In this document: positions 10,507 to 18,687 of the stretch, piece by piece
How the letters are laid out: each line of letters starts with the position of its first letter
Position numbering within the stretch: the stretch's first letter is position 1
NCBI GenBank assembly: GCA_963727845.1
Contig: CAVSHI010000006.1
Location: 3,935-67,934 of the forward strand
Source of the DNA: Ignavibacteriota bacterium
GTDB lineage: Bacteria > Bacteroidota > Ignavibacteria > UBA10030 > SZUA-254
Length of the DNA: 64,000 nucleotides
Direction of reading: 5' to 3'
Made by a program: the position numbers and the translations under genes
The notes under the pieces: model-generated
What the model saw: the letters and a program-made list of their open reading frames with translations, nothing else
Told to the model about the DNA's origin: nothing
Databases searched by the model: none

Positions 10507-11586
10507 GGTATAATGTCCAAATTGTGTTGCTGTTTTTAGTGTGTGCATAATGACAAATACCACTGAAAGTATGCTGGACGGTGACGCTGTGCGAGACCTC
10601 GATGCTGACGATAGCGTTGTTTGAGTCGTGAGAAATACCCTTCCAAGGCATTGGTGGAACTTGCGATGAGTGGATTGTTCAGGTAATGAAACATGTTTGG
10701 AAGAGCTGCCAGTAACATGCTGCGGGCTCGTTTTAGATCGCTAAAGACGTATCCGTGCTCAGGAGTTACGGCGATATGGACGCCGTAGGTATGTTCCCAG
10801 GCATCTACACGCTTAAGAAAGTTTTTTCGATCCAATGATGAATGGATCGTTGTTACATCAAGGAAGATCTGGCGTAGATGTTTTGCGTCCGTGCGCTTGG
10901 GCATTCGTCGACACCAACTTAAGCCTTGACGCTGGATATGAACCAGGCAGCGCTGTAAAACGATTGTGGGCCATTGTCGACGTAATGCTTGGCTTAACGC
11001 CGGATTGCCATCAATAGTGGCATATTCTAGGGATAATCCCTGCTGTGCAAGGCACTGGAACAGTACACCCAAGTCTTGTGGTTGTTCCGAGACATTGTAC
11101 GCACCATGGAGCATTGTATGATTGGTCGCGTTCATGACGGCAAGGATCCCTTTGCGACGATTGATGAATGTCCCATCAACAATTGCGTAAACAGATTGAC
11201 CCAAGGATGGATGTGGTCCCGGCGGCGGTTGTTGCAGCCAGTACTCGATAATACGACGGATGGTTGATACACTGTGTACACTTTGTCTGGCAAGTTGACG
11301 TAGCGTGTATCCTTCAACCAGCCATCGTTGGAACCACACAAAGCTTCGTAGGCGTTTATTCGTTTTGTTTTGCCAGACGAAGGAGTGTTGACATGAATGA
11401 CACAACCATCGTTGACGCTGTGGGCGCAGTGTTCCATTACGTTTAACATGGACTGAGCCGCAATGAGGACAATGTTTTTTTCATAAATAATGGTCAATCA
11501 TTGAACCGTTTTAACCTTAGTATCCGTAAACGAATACAGGAACACAAATTACAGTCATCCGAGCAACACTTTTTGAGCATTATACC
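10507..11586 (-). mobile_element. IS1595-family insertion sequence, 1080 bp, with 9-bp perfect terminal inverted repeats (GGTATAATG / CATTATACC) and a 7-bp target-site duplication CAGGATG
   Basis: The terminal inverted repeats are at 10507-10515 and 11578-11586. The direct repeat CAGGATG flanks them at 10500-10506 and 11587-11593; it extends to 8 bp with one mismatch. The element carries a DDE transposase gene and has lower GC than its flanks. Confidence 0.75.
10536..11484 (-). CDS. IS1595-family DDE transposase (Zn-ribbon CPHC..CHSC, HTH, DDE domain); frameshifted in an A7 run right after the start codon
   Basis: ORF 10536-11405 has an HTH (GYTLRQLARQSVHSVSTIRRI) and the IS1595-type C-terminal motif TNALEGYFSRLKQRYRQHRG. 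The same frame continues upstream as KKHCPHCGSVHVKRNG...WLCHSCQ with no start codon. ATG 11484 lies in the adjacent frame just before the A7 run (11475-11481 on the + strand). Confidence 0.7.
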
Positions 11587-11649
11587 CAGGATGACAACTC
11601 CCTTAATAACTCCACGGAACTCCACTAATAATATAAGGAAACATCTCCC

Positions 11650-13668
11650 ATGACGATATGGATGTCAATTCGAAAGATTACCGTAGTGGTGGCTTATCTT
11701 CTTGCCGCGGTCGCAAACTCCGGATTTGCCGGGCAGAAAGTCACATGGCCTGATACGGTCTGGCTCACTTCATTAGATTTGACCAAAATGCATCAAGGGT
11801 GGGGGCAGCCGCAAAAGGACAAATCTGTTACTGAAAGACCATTGTCCATTGCAGGTCACAAGTTTCAGCGCGGAGTCGGCACGCACGCAGTAAGCCGGTT
11901 GTGGGTTGACCTGGGTGGAAATGCGGAGATGTTTCTTGCTTCCGTGGGGGTCGACGACGATGCATTGAATAATCCGGGTTCCGTCGTCTTCAAAGTTGTG
12001 GGAGACGGTAAGAAGCTCTGGGAGTCAGAAATCAAGAGGCCGGGCGATGCGGCAAAAAAAGTGAGCATCGACATCCATGGGATCAAATATCTCGTGCTTC
12101 TGGTCGGGGACGCCGGCGACGGAGTCAGCTATGACCACGCTGATTGGGCGGACGCGATGTTTGTCATGCATCGCGGGAAACCGGAAGCCATTGAACCACC
12201 CGGAGAAGAAAAAGTTATCTTGACTCCCCGACCGGGGGCAAGACCGCGCATTAATGGCGCTAAGATCTTCGGTGTTCATCCGGGCGCACCTTTTCTCTTT
12301 ACGATACCCGCAACGGGTATGCAGCCGATGAAGTATGCGGTGAAAAATCTGCCGACCGGCCTGGCCGTAAATTCTGAAACCGGGCAGATTACAGGGTCTC
12401 TCGACAAACCCGGTAAGTATTTCGTGAAGTTCGTGGTATCGAATGACTCGGGCGTTGCCGAGAGAGAATTCAGAATTGTTTGCGGCGACACGCTGGCCCT
12501 CACGCCTCATATGGGATGGAATAGCTGGTACGTTTGGGAGAACCACGTCACCGATGGAATCATGCGCGCCGCCGCCGATGCAATGGTGAAAACGGGCATG
12601 ATTAATCACGGTTACATGTACGTCAATGTTGATGATTGCTGGGCAGTGAAACCCGGATCCGACGATTCCGCTCTCGGGGGGCCGCCGAGAGACTCCCGCG
12701 GGATGGTTAATTCCAACAAGCGTTTTCCCGATATGAGAGCGCTGACCGCGTACATACATTCGAAAGGTCTGAAGGCGGGGATCTACACGTCGCCGGGACC
12801 GACGACCTGCGCCGGCCATGTCGGTGCGTACCAGCATGAGGAGCTTGATGTGCAACGCTTTGTCGAATGGGGATTCGATTTTTTGAAATACGATTGGTGT
12901 TCGTACGACGACGTTGCCCGCAGCCACAACCGCGAGGAATTGCAAAAGCCCTATCGGCTCATCGGAGGGATCCTGAAAAAGCAGAATCGCGACATCGTGT
13001 TAAACCTCTGTCAGTACGGCATGGGGAATGTCTGGGAGTGGGGCAGGGACGTGGGTGGAAACAGCTGGCGTACGGCAGGCGACCTCGGCGGCTCGTTCGA
13101 GGGAATCGCTGCCGCGCTGTTCCGCGATGGATTCGATGTCTATGCCAGGAACGACCTCCACCGGTATTCGGGTCCCGGCGGATGGAATGATCCGGATTAT
13201 CTCCTGCTGGGCTATCTGAGCAACTGGCATGGAGAGACGGTCCCCACACCGCTGACGCCGAATGAACAATACACTCATGTTTCACTCTGGTGTTTGCTCT
13301 CCGCTCCGCTCATCTTCAGCGGTGATATTACGCGGCTGGATGAATTCACTTTGAGTCTGCTGACCAATGACGAGGTCATTGAGGTCGACCAGGATCCGAT
13401 GGGAAAAGCGGGGAGACGCATCTGGCAGGATGAAGACGTTGAGGTCTGGGCAAAGGACCTGGAGGACGGTTCGAAGGCGGTCGGCTTATTCAACCGCGGC
13501 GAATTCGAGTCGACCGTGACTGCCAAGTGGAACGATCTGACTCTCGCCGGCGACCAGCGCGTCCGTGACCTCTGGCGGCAAAAAGACCTTGGAGTTTTCA
13601 AAAGCGAATTCTCTTCAGCGGTTCCCCGGCATGGAGTAGTTCTCCTGAGGATCTGGCCGGCGAACTAG
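11650..13668 (+). CDS. GH27 alpha-galactosidase / alpha-N-acetylgalactosaminidase with an N-terminal NPCBM (NEW2) carbohydrate-binding domain
   Basis: It has a signal peptide and an NPCBM-like N-terminal domain (GHKFQRGVGTHAVSRLWVDLGG...DHADWADAMF). The GH27 signature LTPHMGWNSWYVWENHV...VNVDDCW is present. Confidence 0.85.
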   Translation: MTIWMSIRKITVVVAYLLAAVANSGFAGQKVTWPDTVWLTSLDLTKMHQGWGQPQKDKSVTERPLSIAGHKFQRGVGTHAVSRLWVDLGGNAEMFLASVGVDDDALNNPGSVVFKVVGDGKKLWESEIKRPGDAAKKVSIDIHGIKYLVLLVGDAGDGVSYDHADWADAMFVMHRGKPEAIEPPGEEKVILTPRPGARPRINGAKIFGVHPGAPFLFTIPATGMQPMKYAVKNLPTGLAVNSETGQITGSLDKPGKYFVKFVVSNDSGVAEREFRIVCGDTLALTPHMGWNSWYVWENHVTDGIMRAAADAMVKTGMINHGYMYVNVDDCWAVKPGSDDSALGGPPRDSRGMVNSNKRFPDMRALTAYIHSKGLKAGIYTSPGPTTCAGHVGAYQHEELDVQRFVEWGFDFLKYDWCSYDDVARSHNREELQKPYRLIGGILKKQNRDIVLNLCQYGMGNVWEWGRDVGGNSWRTAGDLGGSFEGIAAALFRDGFDVYARNDLHRYSGPGGWNDPDYLLLGYLSNWHGETVPTPLTPNEQYTHVSLWCLLSAPLIFSGDITRLDEFTLSLLTNDEVIEVDQDPMGKAGRRIWQDEDVEVWAKDLEDGSKAVGLFNRGEFESTVTAKWNDLTLAGDQRVRDLWRQKDLGVFKSEFSSAVPRHGVVLLRIWPAN

Positions 13669-13689
13669 TAGGATCTGTGCAAACAGGGA

Positions 13690-13924
13690 TGTAGAGTCCG
13701 GTTCGAAACCGGACAACGGTAACGAAGAAGGATTTTCTGCTCTGTCCGATTACGAATCGGACTCTACCAAGCATAACTGGGGCTCGTTCCCAAATTCCAT
13801 TTGGGAAGACGGCGGACAGGTGTGCTCCCGACGTGCGTAGAGTCCGGTCCCCCGACCGGACATCCAATGTTGTCTTCTTGCGAGCGCGAATGTGCAACGC
13901 CGTCCGTTTACGAAACGAACTCTA
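13690..13924. repeat. cluster of four hairpin repeats of about 24 nt (family D, GTAGAGTC-CGnTT-loop-AAnCG-GAC) in alternating orientation
   Basis: Units lie at 13690-13713 (+), 13743-13766 (-), 13835-13860 (+) and 13901-13924 (-). The stems differ between units by compensatory changes: CGGTT/AACCG, CGATT/AATCG, CGGTC/GACCG, CGTTT/AAACG. Confidence 0.65.
13781..13806. repeat. 26-nt palindromic element, family C copy 1: GCTCGTTCCCAAATTCCATTTGGGAA
   Basis: It is a perfect 9-bp inverted repeat TTCCCAAAT-N3-ATTTGGGAA. The identical 26-mer occurs in reverse orientation at 61554-61579. Confidence 0.7.
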
Positions 13925-14278
13925 CGGCAAACTCGCTGGGAGGGAGCTTTGCTCCCGACCTGCCCCGGAAACGTCCATTTTCTGCAATGGTGGCGAGTGC
14001 GCTTGCTGGCCATCTCTGTGGGAGAACTCCGACCCACGACCAGCTCGCCGGAGTGGGCAAATGGGCAAAGAGTTCCGCTAGAACTCACGTGTGTGGTTCG
14101 GGCATGCTCTGGCATCCCGGAATTAAAATTTTCCCAGCATCTTCATTTTCGATTAAACCTTTCGAATCGGTGTGGGTCTGATAACATAGAAGCAAACTCA
14201 TAATGAGGGTTGTCAGTACTCCATAAACAATTGAAAGAGGTTCTGCAAAACATCGCGAATTTCAAGAAATTCTGAATA

Positions 14279-14345
14279 AAATCCCGTTTTTGAGATCCTC
14301 CAGTGTTCGCACTGTCCCCCTCCCAGTGCAGCACGAATCAAAAGC
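14279..14345 (+). other. long imperfect hairpin (16-bp stem AAAATCCCGTTTTTGA / TCAAAAGCGGGATTTT with a loop of about 44 nt) followed by a T-rich tract, upstream of the ArsR-family gene
   Basis: The inverted repeat is visible in the sequence. The loop has internal complementarity (CAGTG..CACTG). The element is not a canonical terminator. Confidence 0.4.
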
Positions 14346-14455
14346 GGGATTTTTATTTTTCCGAGGCCGACCTTAGTTCCTTCCTTGCTCACTGATCCCA
14401 ATTTGCATATTTGTCGATTTATTTCGATATTGATAGAAATAGATTTGGAAAAGCA

Positions 14456-15037
14456 ATGTCAGAGAATGAAATAACCACTGAACTTCTAACTCTCCTCAAA
14501 GGCCTGGCCGACAAGAACCGCCTCAAGATCATCGGCCTTCTGTCCCAGCGGCCGCGTGCGGTAGAGGAACTCTCCGCGTCTCTCAAACTGGGCGCCTCCA
14601 CAGTGTCCCATCATCTTTCCGTTCTGGGGAAAGCGGGACTCGTCGCGGGAAGGGTGCAGGGATACTATAGCATTTATTCCCTCCAGTCGGGCCCGCTGGA
14701 GGTAATGGCGAAACGGTTCTTGAAACGCGAAGAGCTGAAGGGATTAGCCGAGGATGTGCCCGGGGATGCGTACGACAAGAAAGTGCTCGCTGCATTTACG
14801 ACGCCGGAAGGCCGGATCAAAACCTTTCCGATGCAGGAGAAGAAATTTCTGGTCCTTGTTCGATACGTTCTTCGTGCGTTCGAGCCGGGTGTCCGGTATG
14901 CCGAGAAGCGCGTCAACGAAATTCTTTCCCGATTCAGCGAGGATACCGCGCGGCTCCGGCGGGCGCTTGTAGAGCATCGCTTCATGGCCCGGGAGGGCGG
15001 CGGCGGCGAGTATTGGCGTATCGATGTGGATAATTGA
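14456..15037 (+). CDS. ArsR-family transcriptional regulator fused to a DUF2087-like C-terminal domain
   Basis: The ArsR HTH is LKGLADKNRLKIIGLLSQRPRAVEELSASLKLGASTVSHHLSVLGKAGLV. The C-terminus matches the DUF2087 pattern (FPMQEKKFLVLVRYVLRAFEPGVRYAEKRVNEILS...LRRALVEHRFMAR). ATG 14456 is preferred over the TTG at 14411. TAGATTTG at 14440-14447 resembles an FCB -7 box. Confidence 0.75.
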   Translation: MSENEITTELLTLLKGLADKNRLKIIGLLSQRPRAVEELSASLKLGASTVSHHLSVLGKAGLVAGRVQGYYSIYSLQSGPLEVMAKRFLKREELKGLAEDVPGDAYDKKVLAAFTTPEGRIKTFPMQEKKFLVLVRYVLRAFEPGVRYAEKRVNEILSRFSEDTARLRRALVEHRFMAREGGGGEYWRIDVDN

Positions 15038-15306
15038 ACATTTTGAAGGAGAAAAAATCCGTGGACAAATATGTGAAAGTGATTGAATTCGAGAACGTGG
15101 CGGAAGCGACGTTGATTCAATCCATACTGGAAAATGAGGACATTCCATTCATCATACGGTCGTACCGCGATTCAGCGTACGATGGGTTGTTCCAATTTCA
15201 AAAAGGATGGGGTCGCCTGGAAGCCCCGGAAGAGTTCAAGGAACGGATTCTACTGTTGTACAAGGATATGAATCAGCAGGGTGGAAAGGAAATTCCCGGA
15301 GTATGA
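15034..15306 (+). CDS. DUF2007-like small protein (putative signal-transducing domain)
   Basis: It is 90 aa and matches the DUF2007 pattern (VKVIEFENVAEATLIQSILENEDIPFIIRS). Its ATGA start overlaps the stop of the previous gene. Confidence 0.5.
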   Translation: MNILKEKKSVDKYVKVIEFENVAEATLIQSILENEDIPFIIRSYRDSAYDGLFQFQKGWGRLEAPEEFKERILLLYKDMNQQGGKEIPGV

Positions 15307-15716
15307 CAATTAACTCTTCCCTGGAACGATTCGAGCTTCCTATCCAGGTCGTGCCTTCGGATATCGATCAACTCGGCCATGTGAACAACGTCGTCTACCT
15401 GCGATGGGTGCAGGATGCGGCTGTCGCCCATTGGCAGTCGGCCGCAACGGCGGCACAACAGGCGGCGGTTTACTGGGTCATCGTGCGCCACGAAATCGAC
15501 TACAAGCACCCCGCCCGGATGGGAGATTCGATCATTGCGCGCACCTGGGTTGGGAAAGGTGCACTCCACACCTTTGAACGCTATACTGAAATTCTGCGGG
15601 CACGTGACCGCCGCTTGCTGGCGCGTGCCTTGACATTATGGTGCCCCATTGATGCTCGAACGGGCAAGCCTGCCCAGGTGGGCGCCGACATCCGCGAACG
15701 GTTTTCCATTCCCTAA
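15303..15716 (+). CDS. acyl-CoA thioesterase, hotdog fold, 4-hydroxybenzoyl-CoA thioesterase/YbgC-like
   Basis: The start overlaps the upstream stop (ATGA). Hotdog thioesterase motifs are present (PSDIDQLGHVNNVVYLRWVQDA ... WVIVRHEIDYKHPARMGDSI). Confidence 0.7.
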   Translation: MTINSSLERFELPIQVVPSDIDQLGHVNNVVYLRWVQDAAVAHWQSAATAAQQAAVYWVIVRHEIDYKHPARMGDSIIARTWVGKGALHTFERYTEILRARDRRLLARALTLWCPIDARTGKPAQVGADIRERFSIP

Positions 15717-15751
15717 GAGATATTGTCCGACCATCTCAGGATTTGACGAAG

Positions 15752-15770
15752 AGGGGTTTGCCCCTTTTTG
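15752..15770 (+). terminator. candidate rho-independent terminator (AGGGG-TTTG-CCCCT followed by TTTT) after the thioesterase gene
   Basis: A 5-bp GC-rich stem, a tetraloop and a T-run lie 36 nt past the stop codon. Confidence 0.45.
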
Positions 15771-15840
15771 TCATAGTGACTTGTAACGTCCTGATTCCAC
15801 CACCCCTTTTGTCGAGGCTGTCCAAAAAGTCTCTTGTCTT

Positions 15841-15911
15841 GTCATGTTGAGCGAAGCGAAACATCTCTATGCACGAAAACGAGTGAGATTCTTCACTCCG
15901 TTCAGAATGAC
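15841..15911. repeat. palindromic hairpin-pair repeat, family A copy 2
   Basis: The two arms are gtcatgttgagcgaagcgaaacatctc and, inverted, gagattcttcactccgttcagaatgac. The unit is the same as at 10436-10506, with covarying stem dinucleotides. Confidence 0.7.
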
Positions 15912-16015
15912 AATTCCTTTTTCTTACTTTTTGGACGGCCCCTGTATAGACTTGGGAGATGGGGATAGAGGGGAGGTTTTACTTCTTGCGATGTCAATGT
16001 GATTCAAGTTCCATA

Positions 16016-16096
16016 ATCCGCAACCCTCACCCTGTCACTCCGTGACATCCCTCTCCCACTGGGAGAGGGAGCGAGGGTGAGGGTTGAAATGCGGAT
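16016..16096. repeat. nested palindromic repeat, family B copy 1 (CCCTCACCC ... TCCCTCTCCC-N4-GGGAGAGGGA ... GGGTGAGGGTT)
   Basis: The inner perfect palindrome is at 16048-16070. It is bracketed by the outer pair CCCTCACCC (16024-16032) and GGGTGAGGG (16075-16083). The element lies between convergent genes. Confidence 0.65.
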
Positions 16097-16153
16097 GACA
16101 TAACGACCCAAGGACTTATCAAAACCACTGGCGTGACACGATAGCGACTTCAC

Positions 16154-18412
16154 TCAGCTCCTGATCAGGTACTGAAGCTTCAAGAAGTATTGCCGGGCGG
16201 TCTTCGTTATACCGTACGGCTCCCCAAAATCTGAAAAAGTGTAGGTCGACCCCGCGTAAAATATTGTGTACGGGTTGAGTTTGTAGCTCACGAGCGGATA
16301 GAAGTCGATTTCCCCCGAGAATTCATCATACTGCCCGATCACGCGCAGGAACACTCTATTGGTAAACTGATAAATGCCGGTTGCCCTCGCGATATACCCG
16401 TCATAGAAAAGGTCTCCGGTCGTGATGCTCGCCAGCCGCGCCCGCGAGTAGGAAAGGTCGGCCTCCAGTTGTGATGTGAGCTTGACCTGTGCCGTCGTGG
16501 TGATCGTATGGCCTCGTCCCACGTCAGCTTCGTCAACGCGCTTGATGAATTGCCCGAACGAGCCGTCGAAATAAAGCGTGAGAACACTTGAGGGACGGGA
16601 GTTGACGGTTATCTCTGTCCGGTTGACCGCGGTGAACCAGACACCTTTGTATAGCTCATCATTTACAGCGAGGTAGTTGATACTAATATTCGTCTGACCC
16701 TTGAACTGAGCGTACAAACTGGGAACGGCCCAGAGCTCCTTGCGAACTCCATCGTAATTATAGTGGAGACCATTGTTGAGTGAGATCGACCATTGGTCGA
16801 GCCATGCATTGTTGGGATACCACGAATACTGCTGCTGGAGATAGGTCGTGCGGAGATTATTGTTCGGTATGAAACCGTCCTGCGCCTGGAACGTCGGGCC
16901 GCGATCCTGGTATTGGATGCCAAAGCTATAGTCGCGTGCGTTGCGTTGGAGGCTGAGCATCGTCGACGATCCCGAGTAGTGCTCTCCATTGAATGCAGCA
17001 TCATTACCGGTGCTGCCGAAGCTTCGCGTATCCGAAAAGACGGAGGTGTCATTCACTTCCTTCGTATCCGCATAAAATACCTCTCCGCTGAAATAGTAGT
17101 TTTCCCAGAATTTGTATTTCCAGTCGACTCCGCCCAGGTAGTTGTGGGCAGCCCCGGTGTTGCGTGTCGTAACCATTCCTCCGAGAAAGTCTTCCTTACC
17201 AAAATCATAGCGCGCCCGGGCCACATTTGAATATGACTGAAGGTCCGTCGCGATGTAATCGCTCGTTTCTTCGCCGGGGATGATGAAGGGGGTATTCCGG
17301 TCGGATGCTGCCAGGTATGCAAACGAGAACGAGCCTGATTTCCCGATCACACGTGCCGCGCCGAGCGGGTTGTTGATGGTGCGGGAGTAATACGTCTGTG
17401 TCTGATTTTGAAACATATCGGCTCCCACGAGAAAAAAGGGTCGCTTCTCGGGATAGAACAGCGCGAAGTTGGAGTTGACGCTAATTTGCGTCGCATCCGA
17501 CTCAACCTGACTGAAGTCCGGATTGTATACTCCTTCAACTGCAAAATCGGGAGTCGGGGCATAACGGACGCCGCCTCCCGCCCGTCCCGCTGACCTGCCA
17601 TTCTCAAACCCTGAAGCGGGATTGGAAGCGTCGTTGAGCGCTCCGCTCTGCTGGCCGACAACGTAGGGGAGAAGCTCGACGGAAGTGGATCCCTCCACAT
17701 CCCTGATCCCCACGATCGTGCCTGCCTGACACGGGAGGCATGGGTTGTTGCGGTCGATTGGAACCCACGATATCTTTACCTGGCTTGCTCTCGGGTAATT
17801 CCTGATGAACTCAGCGACCCAACGTTGAACGGACTTCGACGGGAACCTCAAGCTCTTGAAAGGGAAAGCCATTACTGCCGTCCAGCCGGAGTCGTCGATC
17901 GCCGCAGCGGATTCCCACACCGCGTCGAAGCTTGCGTCCTCGTTGCTTCCCGTTCGAAGTAGGTCCCCCTGAATTCCATAAGGGTTTACCGCCATTTCGT
18001 ACGATCGCTGGTAGTCCCCATACGTGTCCAGGATGACCATGACCCAATCATCATCAAAGAGCTTGTCCCGGTCGGTGATGTGAGCCCGGATATCCGACGG
18101 ATGACTGTCTTTGCATTCGAAACCGAAATAAATGTAGCGCGCGTTGTACATCACGCGGACGGTCGTCTGCTGGGTGGCCGGTGTATTTTCCCCGGGCGTC
18201 ACTTCATAGCTGATCTCCGACGGTCGTGACAGATTCCAGCGCGGGTCGTCCAGCTTGCCCGAAAGTTTGATGTCCTCGTTTATCCTTATGGCCTCAATAT
18301 GTATCCTGGAAGAATCCATCACCTCGGCCGCGACTCTTTCCGCCTGAAAGAAGATGGAGACAAGGAACAGCGCTACAAGGAATCGTTGATATGTCGACGA
18401 TTGTGACATCAT
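16154..18412 (-). CDS. DUF5916-family secreted protein (CBM9-like N-terminal domain plus beta-rich C-terminal region)
   Basis: It has a signal peptide. The N-terminus matches DUF5916 family members (DDPRWNLSRPSEISYEVTPGEN ... DDDWVMVILDTYGDYQRSYEMAVNPYGIQGD). ATG 18412 (MMSQSS) is preferred over 18451. Confidence 0.7.
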   Translation of the reverse strand: MMSQSSTYQRFLVALFLVSIFFQAERVAAEVMDSSRIHIEAIRINEDIKLSGKLDDPRWNLSRPSEISYEVTPGENTPATQQTTVRVMYNARYIYFGFECKDSHPSDIRAHITDRDKLFDDDWVMVILDTYGDYQRSYEMAVNPYGIQGDLLRTGSNEDASFDAVWESAAAIDDSGWTAVMAFPFKSLRFPSKSVQRWVAEFIRNYPRASQVKISWVPIDRNNPCLPCQAGTIVGIRDVEGSTSVELLPYVVGQQSGALNDASNPASGFENGRSAGRAGGGVRYAPTPDFAVEGVYNPDFSQVESDATQISVNSNFALFYPEKRPFFLVGADMFQNQTQTYYSRTINNPLGAARVIGKSGSFSFAYLAASDRNTPFIIPGEETSDYIATDLQSYSNVARARYDFGKEDFLGGMVTTRNTGAAHNYLGGVDWKYKFWENYYFSGEVFYADTKEVNDTSVFSDTRSFGSTGNDAAFNGEHYSGSSTMLSLQRNARDYSFGIQYQDRGPTFQAQDGFIPNNNLRTTYLQQQYSWYPNNAWLDQWSISLNNGLHYNYDGVRKELWAVPSLYAQFKGQTNISINYLAVNDELYKGVWFTAVNRTEITVNSRPSSVLTLYFDGSFGQFIKRVDEADVGRGHTITTTAQVKLTSQLEADLSYSRARLASITTGDLFYDGYIARATGIYQFTNRVFLRVIGQYDEFSGEIDFYPLVSYKLNPYTIFYAGSTYTFSDFGEPYGITKTARQYFLKLQYLIRS

Positions 18413-18646
18413 CCTGATTGAAGTGGCATGTAGCTGAAGTACGCAAAACATCCGAACTTTGTTGCAGTGATAGATAGCGGATACCGTTCGTTCTCGCGGA
18501 ATACGAACCGAACCGGATCTATTCTCAATGAACCATCAATAGGATTCGCCTTCAATTTGGTCTTTGCCTGAGGATTTGCTAAGTTTGTATGGCAATCGGC
18601 AGGGGGCGACGCGTATGTCTCTTTAAATGGCCGTTTTCTCAGCAAA

Positions 18647-18678
18647 TTTGATCGTTCACCTCCACCACTGTAACTTTA
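18647..18678 (+). promoter_or_regulatory. FCB-group-type promoter-like motif TTTG-N20-TAACTTTA immediately upstream of the DUF2723 gene
   Basis: TTTG lies at 18647-18650 and TAACTTTA at 18671-18678. The start codon is at 18688. This matches the Bacteroidota -33/-7 consensus (TTTG / TAnnTTTG) for spacing and sequence. Confidence 0.3.
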
Positions 18679-18687
18679 AAGGATAGT

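Noticed and set aside
13695-13713. tRNA-like T-arm (GTCCGGTTCGAAACCGGAC with a TTCGAAA loop) that could suggest a tRNA or tmRNA 3' end
   Set aside because: No acceptor-stem complement or D-arm exists upstream. The hairpin is one of four covarying repeat units, and it would overlap the GH27 stop codon.
13690-13924. Possible CRISPR array (regularly spaced short repeats)
   Set aside because: The units alternate in orientation, their sequences are not identical, the spacers are irregular (30, 70 and 40 bp), and there are no cas genes. The pattern is REP/BIME-like, not CRISPR.
14279-14345. Rho-independent terminator call for the long hairpin before the ArsR gene
   Set aside because: The stem is AU-rich and 16 bp long with a loop of about 44 nt. 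That is unlike an intrinsic terminator, and no gene ends immediately upstream (the GH27 gene ends 600 bp away).
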